DNA of 64,000 nt from Patescibacteria group bacterium. Lineage in GTDB: Bacteria > Patescibacteriota > Patescibacteriia > 2-12-FULL-60-25. The notes below the pieces were generated by a model. That model worked only from the letters and a program-made list of their open reading frames with translations. It was not told the DNA's origin and did no database searches. The DNA is taken from contig JBAQQZ010000070.1 in NCBI GenBank assembly GCA_049295615.1, positions 11,265 to 75,264 on the forward strand, read 5' to 3'. Position numbers and translations under genes: made by a program. Within the stretch, counting starts at the first letter, position 1. Every line of letters begins with the position of its first letter. Shown here one piece after another: positions 38,003 to 46,014 of this stretch.

Positions 38003-38581
38003 CTAGGGTGAGGCCGGGGCACGACGGACAAATAACCGCCGAACATGGCCAAAAAGTGAGAGTCCCGCGATCAAGATCGCAAGGCAAAGGACGAACGGAG
38101 AGAGGCGGACAAACCAGGACACATGGACCAAGATGCAGCCCAGGCCGATGGCTTGCGTCCACGTCTTGGCGGAACCCCACGCGCTCGCAGCCGTCTCGAT
38201 CTTCCGCAACATTTGGATCGGGCGGATGAGGGTCAGGAGGACCTCGCCAATGACAATCGCCCAGGCGATCCGTGAGTCAACGCGGTCCCAACACGCGAAG
38301 CACAACGTGCCGAGGGTAAAGATCTTGTCCGAGATCGGGTCGAAGATCTTGCCGAAGGTGCTGACGAGGCCACGCTTGCGCGCCAGCCAGCCGTCGAGAA
38401 TGTCGAACACGGATGAGACAACGAGTGCGGTGAAGCTCACCGGCGGCAGGTCTTTCCAAATGATGACCGGAATCACGAGCAGTGCCCGCAACACCGTAAA
38501 CACATTGGGATGGATCCATGCCGGAATGAGCCACAGGACCGCAGCCTCGAAACCGTTCTTGGCTCGTTGAAAGTGCGTCAT
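38003..38581 (-). CDS. CDP-alcohol phosphatidyltransferase (PgsA-like)
   Basis: DILDGWLARKRGLVSTFGKIFDPISDK = D-x2-DG-x2-AR-x8-G-x3-D-x3-D. Confidence 0.85.
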   Translation of the reverse strand: MTHFQRAKNGFEAAVLWLIPAWIHPNVFTVLRALLVIPVIIWKDLPPVSFTALVVSSVFDILDGWLARKRGLVSTFGKIFDPISDKIFTLGTLCFACWDRVDSRIAWAIVIGEVLLTLIRPIQMLRKIETAASAWGSAKTWTQAIGLGCILVHVSWFVRLSPFVLCLAILIAGLSLFGHVRRLFVRRAPASP

Positions 38582-38697
38582 GGCCGATACTCCTTTCGTG
38601 CCGGTCGACCACCGCGATGAAAGCACGGTTTCAGTGGATGGACAAGCCTTGATTTACCCGACAGAACAAGCTACGATCGGGCGACAACAATAAACAT

Positions 38698-38773
38698 CGG
38701 GCTATGGCGAAGTTGGTATCGCGCTTGCATGGGGTGCAAGAGGCCCTGGGTTCGAGTCCCAGTAGCCCGACCA
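38698..38773 (+). tRNA. tRNA-Pro (anticodon GGG)
   Basis: CGGGCTA acceptor, anticodon loop ATGGGGT, TTCGAGT T-loop, CCA encoded. 76 nt. Confidence 0.9.
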
Positions 38774-38810
38774 AACAAAAAGATCCGCGGATGCGGGTCT
38801 TTTTGTTTAT
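38774..38810 (+). terminator. Intrinsic terminator after tRNA-Pro(GGG)
   Basis: aaacaaaaa-gatccgc-ggat-gcgggtc-tttttgttt. Confidence 0.65.
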
Positions 38811-39280
38811 CTCCCAAAAATTTCTTTCAAGCTCATCCGCACGTCCGCAAACGTCGGAAGTTCAAACGTTTCTTCATACGTAAACCAACCGATGTCATGC
38901 GACTCATTCGAGTCATGCACGACATCGGCTTGTGGCACTTCGACGAGGTACACATGGTCGATATGAAAATGTTCCGGCTCGTCTCCAGATGTTTGGATAT
39001 GTTCTTCTAACAGGTAGGCTGGCATCGGCAAGAAAAGCGCGTGGTCGCCTGAATCTTGCGGCGCGGACAAATACGACGAGACATCAATCCCCGCTTCTTC
39101 GTTGACTTCGCGGATAGCGGCTTGGTACGGGTTCTCGCCGAACTCGACATGGCCGCCGGGCGGCAGCCATTTATCAAAACGCCTGTGGTGCACGAGCAGT
39201 GCGCGACGCGGTTCGTTGCTCGACATCACATACACCGTGGCGGTCAAATGTTTTTCTCCGGGTTGTGGAACTTGCCTCAT
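38807..39280 (-). CDS. NUDIX hydrolase
   Basis: Nudix box GGHVEFGENPYQAAIREVNEEAGI. Start trimmed to MRQVPQ. Confidence 0.85.
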   Translation of the reverse strand: MRQVPQPGEKHLTATVYVMSSNEPRRALLVHHRRFDKWLPPGGHVEFGENPYQAAIREVNEEAGIDVSSYLSAPQDSGDHALFLPMPAYLLEEHIQTSGDEPEHFHIDHVYLVEVPQADVVHDSNESHDIGWFTYEETFELPTFADVRMSLKEIFGR

Positions 39281-39414
39281 AAAAAAATAAATAAGAGCCT
39301 CTGCAAAAGCAAAGCCTCTCCTAACTGCGAGTCCGACGAGCAAGCGCAGCACGCGACCGGAGCGTAGATCCCTCTGAGGGATCGCAGCGCAGAGTCGCAA
39401 GTGCGAGCATCTGA

Positions 39415-39611
39415 GGGGGCCGGGGAGATTTTCGGTTCCGCTCGATAGGTGAGCACATCGTCAGAGGACGCAGAAACGACAGACTGATCCATCGCGGTGC
39501 CGTCCTAAGAGTGAACGCTGCAGGTCTGTCATCGCTCCGCCACGGCGGATACCGGAATCATGGACCTAAGAACTCGATTTAGCCCGAAATCTCGCACCGA
39601 CCATGGCCCCC
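39415..39611. ncRNA. Unclassified structured element (candidate ncRNA) closed by a long terminal helix. Strand undetermined
   Basis: GGGGGCC (39415-21) pairs with GGCCCCC (39605-11). GAGATTTTCGG (39425-35) pairs with CCGAAATCTC (39584-93). Internal hairpins AGGACG/CGTCCT and TCCGCC/GGCGGA. No credible ORF. Confidence 0.3.
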
Positions 39612-39650
39612 AGACACCTAAACAATGTCCCCGCTGGCAGGCGGCGTCAA

Positions 39651-39688
39651 GATAGAAAAAGCCCGCCTCGATACACGTCAAGGCGGGC
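39651..39688 (-). terminator. Intrinsic terminator downstream of the RSH-like gene
   Basis: Minus strand GCCCGCC-ttgacgtgtatcga-GGCGGGC followed by TTTTTCTATC. Confidence 0.7.
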
Positions 39689-39691
39689 AGG

Positions 39692-40945
39692 TCACGACCA
39701 GATGCGGGCCAATTGGAGGCGATGCAGCTGTTCGCGAAGTTCGGCGTCATCCCAATCAAGGTAGAACGGCGCCGGGAAGAGTTTGGGAAAGAGCTTGGTG
39801 CAGTTGGTGTCGAGCTTGTAGAGCGCGTGGTTCTCACGGCCACGCGAGCAGCGCTCGTTGATCCAGTCGGGTGCCAGCATGAACTGGAGCTCGAAGAACC
39901 GGCCGAACAACGAGACGTTGTATTTCCAGGCACGGAACTCGCTGGCCGAGCTGGTGTTGGCCGAATCGAGCACGCCCGCGTGCGAGATGTTGGACGCTTC
40001 GCCGAACACCGTGCCCGGCACGCACACGAGTTTCCTCCGCATGAGGTCGACGCCATCGAGCAAGTCTTGCTCGCAAAAGAACACGAACTTCGCGCCGAGC
40101 AAGTCGGTCAGCGAGCGCGTGTCGCGCTGGTTCTTGCGCAGCAGCTTGAGTGGCGCATCGGCTTTGACGCGCATCTCATAGTAGACCGGGATGTGGCCAC
40201 GCGCGACGCGGAAAAAACGGACGTCGGGATAGAGGACGAGCCGCTCTTCAGTCGAATGGCCATCCGGCACGTTTTCGTTCCGCGAGACGTCATGGCTCTT
40301 TACGCGGAACAGGTCCTCGGGGTTGAGCTCGGCCACGATGCGGAAACTGTCGCTCTTACCGGGCACGAAGAAATGGCGTTTCAACTCATGGTCGAATTCC
40401 GCCATGTCACGGTCGAGGTCATCCGGCGCGTCGCCGTGCAAGCGCATTTCAAAGTAGAGCTGCGCCAGCGTCAGCTGCCGCCGAGCCTCAAAACGCGTGC
40501 GGCGCGACAAGATGTCCGCGCCCGGCATGCAGCACAGCCGCAAGAGCTCGAATGGGTCCTGCTCGCTCTCGACGTCGGACGTCATGAGGAGGCGCAAGCG
40601 GTGCGGTTCCGTGAAGCACTCTTGGATAGTGCGCCGGATGCAGGCATGCGCATCTTTGACCGACGCCGCGAACCACGCGCAATGCGTTTCGTACTCCGCA
40701 GGATCGAGACGGTACGTCTTGCGGTAGAACTCGTAGACGGCCCGCCAACTCGCCGCACTCTCGTGCGCAGCGAACGATTCTGCGGGGCCGTCCCAACCGC
40801 GCCACGCCGCGTTTCGCGCAACCGCGATCGCCTTGAGGAATACCTGGAACCGGACGCGTTCGCCGTGCGTGATCGAATGCGTGTCGTCCGGTTCGGGCAG
40901 CAGGTTGGGATAATGCTGGTAGAAATCTTCGCGTTCAGGAGTCAT
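39692..40945 (-). CDS. Protein with C-terminal RelA/SpoT-type (RSH) nucleotidyltransferase domain and an unrecognised ~250-aa N-terminal domain
   Basis: In order: RVKADAPLKLLRK, DLLGAKFVF, EFRAWKYNV, FELQFML, ENHALYK. The ATG overlaps the stop of the upstream small ORF (ATGA). Confidence 0.6.
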   Translation of the reverse strand: MTPEREDFYQHYPNLLPEPDDTHSITHGERVRFQVFLKAIAVARNAAWRGWDGPAESFAAHESAASWRAVYEFYRKTYRLDPAEYETHCAWFAASVKDAHACIRRTIQECFTEPHRLRLLMTSDVESEQDPFELLRLCCMPGADILSRRTRFEARRQLTLAQLYFEMRLHGDAPDDLDRDMAEFDHELKRHFFVPGKSDSFRIVAELNPEDLFRVKSHDVSRNENVPDGHSTEERLVLYPDVRFFRVARGHIPVYYEMRVKADAPLKLLRKNQRDTRSLTDLLGAKFVFFCEQDLLDGVDLMRRKLVCVPGTVFGEASNISHAGVLDSANTSSASEFRAWKYNVSLFGRFFELQFMLAPDWINERCSRGRENHALYKLDTNCTKLFPKLFPAPFYLDWDDAELREQLHRLQLARIWS

Positions 40946-41139
40946 CCGCCTCCCCCACCCGGCTCGCACTTCTCGAGGTCGAGCACGCTGTCGCGCAACT
41001 GGCTGCAGAACACGCAGTCCTTGCGCGGGATGCCGTGTTCGCACTGCGCATCCATTGGACTAACCCGCAGCGACGGGATTTCGGGGCTCGTCGGGCGGTC
41101 GCCATCCATCTCATTCTCATTCGAATTGTCTTCTGCCAT
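40942..41139 (-). CDS. Small acidic Cys-containing protein (65 aa), translationally coupled to the RSH-like gene
   Basis: AAGGAG SD 6 nt upstream of the ATG. CEHGIPRKDCVFC...C pattern. Poly-Gly tail codons contain GGAGG for the next gene. Confidence 0.5.
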   Translation of the reverse strand: MAEDNSNENEMDGDRPTSPEIPSLRVSPMDAQCEHGIPRKDCVFCSQLRDSVLDLEKCEPGGGGG

Positions 41140-41231
41140 GTCCAACTCCTTGTGTAAAAGGGCGGACTGCCACCTTAAGAACAAAACACCGCGCTGGTCA
41201 AGCCCGGTGCTTTCTCCTGATTGTTGAAATT

Positions 41232-41819
41232 TTAGGCTTGGAACCGCTTCTCGTCGTACTGGATCGGGTCAAGGGCGGCGTTCACTTTTTGGATTTCGTT
41301 GGCTGCGAACCAGATCGGCATCTCGTTCTTGGCTTCGTCGACCGTACCCGAGGCGTGGATCAGGTTGCGCAACGGGCGGCTTTGCGCGTTTGAGAGCGCA
41401 TAGGTGTCGAGCGAGAAATCACCGCGGATGGTGCCGGGCGCGGATGACGCAGGTTCCGTCGCGCCGACGATCTTGCGTGTGAGTGATACGGATTGTTCGC
41501 CCTCGAGGATCAGCGCAACGACGGGGGCAGAAACCAGGAACTCGACCAAGCCGTTTTTGATGGACGTCCCATAGGCCACGTGGTCAGGATAGGGGAACGG
41601 CTGGTTGTTGGCTTCGTACTTGGCTTTGGCCTTGTCGTAGACGGCTTTCATCCATTCTTCGGTCAACGCATAGTGGCGGTCCGCCTGGTCGCGTGTGGGC
41701 AAGACCATCTTGAGGGCCACGATCTTGAGGCCGACGCGCTCCAATCGGGCGAGGATTTCACCGATCAAGCTGCGCTGGACGCCGTCCGGTTTCACCAATA
41801 CGAGGGTTTGTTCAGTCAT
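41232..41819 (-). CDS. ndk: Nucleoside diphosphate kinase (long form with ~45-aa insertion)
   Basis: LVLVKPDGVQRSLIGEILARLERVGLKIVALKM ... NLIHASG (active-site His). Confidence 0.85.
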   Translation of the reverse strand: MTEQTLVLVKPDGVQRSLIGEILARLERVGLKIVALKMVLPTRDQADRHYALTEEWMKAVYDKAKAKYEANNQPFPYPDHVAYGTSIKNGLVEFLVSAPVVALILEGEQSVSLTRKIVGATEPASSAPGTIRGDFSLDTYALSNAQSRPLRNLIHASGTVDEAKNEMPIWFAANEIQKVNAALDPIQYDEKRFQA

Positions 41820-41946
41820 AGGCGTTTTTGTTGGCAGGAGCGTACCAGATGGCCGATCCGAAAGCAATGGTTTGCCCTCTTGTCAAATCATCCTATTTTT
41901 GCTATCCTTTCGTTATAAATCTTGAGAACTCCACAGAACCTCCGCT

Positions 41947-42219
41947 ATGGGTCTTCCTGGACACCGCCGAACAAGCTCCGATAAACGCCGCCGCGCCTCG
42001 CATTTTGCGTTGGAAAAGCAGATGATCGTGAAGGATAAGAAGACGGGCGTGCCGCACCTCCCCCACCGGATTGCGCCTGGTGCCACCGAATACAACGGCC
42101 ACACGATCCACATCAAGGGACAAAAGCGCAAGCTCGAGAAACTCCTCAAGAAGTCCTCCCCAGCTAAAAAAGAGAAGGCCAAAGCCACACACGACGACCA
42201 CGACGGACACCAACACTAA
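41947..42219 (+). CDS. Hypothetical small basic protein upstream of nusB
   Basis: 90-aa Lys/His-rich ORF co-oriented with nusB, 27-nt gap. Competing antisense ORFs exist. Confidence 0.35.
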   Translation: MGLPGHRRTSSDKRRRASHFALEKQMIVKDKKTGVPHLPHRIAPGATEYNGHTIHIKGQKRKLEKLLKKSSPAKKEKAKATHDDHDGHQH

Positions 42220-42246
42220 TCCCGTTCGTTCTTTCCGCCCTTTCGT

Positions 42247-42771
42247 ATGTCAAACCGACATCTTGCCCGCGCTATCGCGTTACAATCCCTCTATGAGTGG
42301 GATTTTCATGGGTTTAAGCCAGACGTGAACCAACTCATCGAGCGCAACCTCGAAGAGTTCGCGCCACAACTGGACGAAAAGGACTTCGCCAAGAAGCTGA
42401 TCAAAGGGATCGCTGAAACCCAAGAAGACCTCGACGCGACCATCTCGCGTTTTGCGCCTGATTGGCCGCTTGCCAAGATCACGGTCGTTGACCGCAATGT
42501 GCTGCGTATCGGCACATACGAGTTGAAGTACGACCCGGAAATCCCATCCAAAGTCGCGATTAACGAAGCGATTGAGTTGGCGAAGACGTTTGGCGGCGAA
42601 TCGTCAGGCAAGTTCGTGAACGGGGTTTTGGGCGCCGTGTACCGCAACCAAGTCGCCGAAGGCATCGAAAAAGAAGCGGACAAGCCCAAAGAGAAAGACA
42701 AAGAAAAGGAAAAGAAAGACGCCGAAAAGACTAAATCACCCGAAACGGCTTCAACGAAGGGAACGGAATAA
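42247..42771 (+). CDS. nusB: Transcription antitermination factor NusB (Lys/Glu-rich C-terminal tail)
   Basis: [17 protein letters not shown]...[13 protein letters not shown]...INEAIELAK. Confidence 0.85.
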   Translation: MSNRHLARAIALQSLYEWDFHGFKPDVNQLIERNLEEFAPQLDEKDFAKKLIKGIAETQEDLDATISRFAPDWPLAKITVVDRNVLRIGTYELKYDPEIPSKVAINEAIELAKTFGGESSGKFVNGVLGAVYRNQVAEGIEKEADKPKEKDKEKEKKDAEKTKSPETASTKGTE

Positions 42772-42807
42772 TCCGTTTGCTCCGCTGGCGTCGTTCATAT
42801 AACCATT

Positions 42808-43533
42808 ATGGACGTACATCCCCTCAAAGATTTGACCGAGCTCGAAGAACGGCTTGGCTACAAGTTTAAAGATCGCGCCCTCATTTTGCAGGCGCTGACG
42901 CACCGCTCGTACCTCAACGAGCACGCGGATTTCCCATACACACATAACGAGCGCATGGAGTTTCTGGGCGACGCGGTGCTCGAATTGATCGTGACCGAAC
43001 ACTTGTTCAAGAACTTCGCGAACCCTGAGGGCGAACTCACTAACTGGCGCGCAGCGCTCGTGAATGCGAAGACCTTGGCCGGCATCGCCAACCAGTTGCG
43101 TTTCGAGGAATTCCTGCTGCTCTCCAAGGGCGAGGCGCGCGACGCCAATTCCAAGGCGCGCATGTACATCTTGGCGAACGCCATCGAAGCCATCATCGGC
43201 GCGATCTACATGGACGGCGGCATCCCGGCGGCCGAAAAATTCATCCACTCATTCATCCTGAACCACTTGCCGTTCATCCTGAAGAACGAACTCTACGTCG
43301 ATCCCAAGAGCAAGTTCCAAGAGACGGCGCAGGAATTGCTCGGCGTCACGCCAAACTACCGCGTACTCGAAGAAAAAGGCCCGGACCACAACAAAGAATT
43401 CACGGTCGGCGTGTTCCTCGAAAAGGAACTCGTCGCAGTTGGGCGAGGCACGTCAAAGCAAGAAGCACAGGTCGCCGCCGCACAAGCCGGGTTGGATGCG
43501 AAAGGGTGGAGCCTGTCGTCGGAAAAGAAATAA
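42808..43533 (+). CDS. rnc: Ribonuclease III
   Basis: NERMEFLGDAVLELIVTEHLF signature plus a C-terminal dsRBD. Confidence 0.92.
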   Translation: MDVHPLKDLTELEERLGYKFKDRALILQALTHRSYLNEHADFPYTHNERMEFLGDAVLELIVTEHLFKNFANPEGELTNWRAALVNAKTLAGIANQLRFEEFLLLSKGEARDANSKARMYILANAIEAIIGAIYMDGGIPAAEKFIHSFILNHLPFILKNELYVDPKSKFQETAQELLGVTPNYRVLEEKGPDHNKEFTVGVFLEKELVAVGRGTSKQEAQVAAAQAGLDAKGWSLSSEKK

Positions 43534-43535
43534 AT

Positions 43536-43612
43536 GCGCCCCTAGCTCAGTTGGATAGAGCGCGTGGCTTCGAACCACGAGGTCGGGGGTTCGATCCCCT
43601 CGGGGCGCACCA
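43536..43612 (+). tRNA. tRNA-Arg (anticodon TCG)
   Basis: GCGCCCC acceptor, anticodon loop CTTCGAA, CCA encoded. 77 nt. Starts 3 nt after the rnc stop. Confidence 0.9.
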
Positions 43613-43668
43613 TGAAAAAACATCCTTCACGGGATGTTTTTTTGTTATGGACATCTCATAAAAAACAA

Positions 43669-43776
43669 TGTCATCTCGACCATCGTGGAGAGATCTTCAA
43701 ATTGGCTGCGTACGTCACGCTTGGTGTATTCAAATGGAATATCTCTCCACTGCGCTCCGCTTCGGTCGAGATGACA
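43669..43776. repeat. 108-nt long imperfect hairpin (13-bp and 10-bp perfect arms)
   Basis: tgtcatctcgacc (43669-81) / ggtcgagatgaca (43764-76). gtggagagat (43685-94) / atctctccac (43741-50). T-run follows on the minus strand. Confidence 0.6.
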
Positions 43777-43780
43777 ATTT

Positions 43781-44077
43781 TTATTTAGTTCGGGAAAAAC
43801 TCTTGATGCAGTTTTCTTTCACTCCCATATGGGTGATCTTATCGCAAATCGACGGATCGTTGACCTGACGATACACGTCAGCCATGCATCCATCGTCGTT
43901 TCCAGCATCGAGCGATGTGCAAAGATTTGGATCTTTTGCTTTTTCCGCCGCTGCGACGACACACTGGTACTCGTCGGGGACATTACGACAGGCGCCGGGA
44001 AGCGTTGCGGGATGGGGTGCCAAGAATGCCAGGACCCCGACAAGTAACATGCCCACAATCCACAAGAGAGGGCTCAT
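43781..44077 (-). CDS. Small secreted/membrane-anchored Cys-rich protein
   Basis: N-terminal hydrophobic segment and 8 Cys. ATGA-type overlap with the upstream gene. Confidence 0.5.
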   Translation of the reverse strand: MSPLLWIVGMLLVGVLAFLAPHPATLPGACRNVPDEYQCVVAAAEKAKDPNLCTSLDAGNDDGCMADVYRQVNDPSICDKITHMGVKENCIKSFSRTK

Positions 44078-46014
44078 TGCGCCTTCACCACTCCCTTATT
44101 CTTCGCCCCCGGATCATTCTGCAAATTCGTCGTCAGTCCCGGCTTTGTGACGACGACCGGCTGGCCGATGTCAGCGTCCGTGGCTTGGAACTTGGTTTCG
44201 CCGAACAAGTCAGCGAATGCGCCGACGTCGTTTGATGAGGGCGTGAGTTGGACCGTGAAATCGGCGGTTGCTTGGTTTACGTCGGAGGGCAAGCGGTTAA
44301 GCGTCCAAGTGACGGTGCGCGACGGTTCGTCATAAGTAACGTTGCCGGCGGATGCATTTGACGTGCTCGGCCAAGTGACTTCTTGCGGCAAGACGGCGCT
44401 CACTTGGACGTCTTGGAGTTCGTGCAAATGTTTCGTGAGCGTCCACTGGATTTGGTAACTGGTGTTTTGTCCGACGACCGGTGGGAGCGGTCCGGATCCC
44501 AATTGCGTGCCGTCAGTCGCGAAGTAACGGGCGCTCGTCACGACGTCGGCATCCGTGCGGAAGGTGAAAGTAATGGGAGCGGTCTTGACGGTGCGGTTCA
44601 CGATGCTGTCGCCAACCGACTCGACCGTGGCCTGGACGACGGCTTGGAAAGCAACTGCCGTGCTCGAGGCGAACTGTGACGCAGGCACCGAAAAATCAAT
44701 CGAGCCATCAGTCTGTGGCGACAAGCGTTCGAGCACGCCAACAGCGTTTTTGTCCCATGACAACGTATTCCCGCTCTGCGTTCCGGACGCGACATCATCC
44801 AATTGTGACCAGTCGACCAAGACAGGCATCGCCGACGTCTTGCTCACCGTCGCTGGCACGGTAATCGGCGTGCCACTTGAAGTGATGGGCGTCAGTTGGA
44901 TCTGGATGGCGACATTCTTCAGGTCTTCAGACGCGGTGTTCTCATACCCGACGGTGAAGTGCAGCATGTCACCAAAGCCGATCGCGCGGTCAGTTGTCGA
45001 GCCGTTGGCGATCAGGTTGAGGGTCAAATCCCCTGCCAAGACGGTCATCGTGGCATCCGACGATTGCGCAGTTTGGAACGTGCCATCGTTCGTGAGATGC
45101 CCGGCATCTGCGTGCACCGCTTCAGCACCCGAGACGCCGGACGCGAAATCACCAGACACGGAAACGGTCGTCGAGGCACCAGCGGCCAAATCCCCGACTG
45201 GCAGCGTCGCAACTTGCCCATTGATCTGCGCCGTAGACGAAGAGTCGACCACAAACCCATCGGGCAACGTGAGATGCGCTTGCAACGCTTTCAATGCATC
45301 AGTCCCTTGGTTCTGCAAGTTGTAGCTGATCGTGATGTGGTCGCCGGAGAGCGAGGTTTGCGGCACCACGATCTGGCCGTTCAACACACTGTCGGCATAT
45401 TCGATACTACGCGTGGCAAGCGTCTCAAAGTCACTGTTGTAGGATGCCGGCCGATAGGTGCCGACGGCTTGGATGGCAGTTTGCGTCCCGAGCGCGCCCG
45501 TAAAAATCCCTTTGACGGTGATCGTGCCGCGGCCGCCGTATGGGACGGCGCCAAGCTGCCAGGTGTCCGCGTCGCCGTTTGGTGGCGGGTCGGCATTCGT
45601 GATCGTAAAATCTGACGGGAAACTGACGCGGACTTCGGCGTTGGCCAGAGGTTCGGCGGCCGTGTTCTGCCAGTTGATGAAGTAGGTGGTCTCTTGGCCG
45701 AGGGAAATCCGCTGTGGGCCATCGAGCGTAATCTGGAAGCCTTGGCCTTTGAAGCCGCGCAACGGGTTGAAAACGAGGAACCCAATCCACGCCGCGATCG
45801 TCAAGATGACGAGGAACGTCCCAGCGCCGATCAGTGCCCAGACCAAGCGCGAATTGCGGTAGCGCTTGAAGGTGGTGAGATCCGCGTCATCGCCATTGTC
45901 TCGACGGAAAATAGCGGTCAAGCCTTTTTCAATATCGCCTGACCGCGTCGTTGTCGGCGTCTTGCCGCCGACCGGATCAGTTGCCGGAGGCGTTTTGGGT
46001 TCCGATTTGGCCAT
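44074..46014 (-). CDS. Large membrane-anchored surface protein with repeated Ig-like (DUF11/CARDB-like) beta domains
   Basis: One TM helix (LVWALIGAGTFLVILTIAAWIGFLVF) followed by Thr/Ser/Gly/Val-rich repeats. ATG at 46012-46014 preferred over the GTG at 46050. Confidence 0.55.
   Translation of the reverse strand: MAKSEPKTPPATDPVGGKTPTTTRSGDIEKGLTAIFRRDNGDDADLTTFKRYRNSRLVWALIGAGTFLVILTIAAWIGFLVFNPLRGFKGQGFQITLDGPQRISLGQETTYFINWQNTAAEPLANAEVRVSFPSDFTITNADPPPNGDADTWQLGAVPYGGRGTITVKGIFTGALGTQTAIQAVGTYRPASYNSDFETLATRSIEYADSVLNGQIVVPQTSLSGDHITISYNLQNQGTDALKALQAHLTLPDGFVVDSSSTAQINGQVATLPVGDLAAGASTTVSVSGDFASGVSGAEAVHADAGHLTNDGTFQTAQSSDATMTVLAGDLTLNLIANGSTTDRAIGFGDMLHFTVGYENTASEDLKNVAIQIQLTPITSSGTPITVPATVSKTSAMPVLVDWSQLDDVASGTQSGNTLSWDKNAVGVLERLSPQTDGSIDFSVPASQFASSTAVAFQAVVQATVESVGDSIVNRTVKTAPITFTFRTDADVVTSARYFATDGTQLGSGPLPPVVGQNTSYQIQWTLTKHLHELQDVQVSAVLPQEVTWPSTSNASAGNVTYDEPSRTVTWTLNRLPSDVNQATADFTVQLTPSSNDVGAFADLFGETKFQATDADIGQPVVVTKPGLTTNLQNDPGAKNKGVVKAQ

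Noticed and set aside
39415-39611. Possibility that the closed-helix element is 4.5S/SRP RNA or tmRNA, because of its GGGGGCC...GGCCCCC ends
   Set aside because: It has no SRP helix-8 motif, no T-arm and no ACCA tail. At 197 nt its length does not fit 4.5S RNA. A 6S-like assignment cannot be established by eye.
41902-42216. Minus-strand ORFs (104 and 91 aa) opposite the small basic ORF 41947..42219
   Set aside because: They have no SD or operon logic, since they lie between ndk and the divergent nusB. I kept the plus-strand ORF at low confidence. The region might equally be non-coding promoter space.
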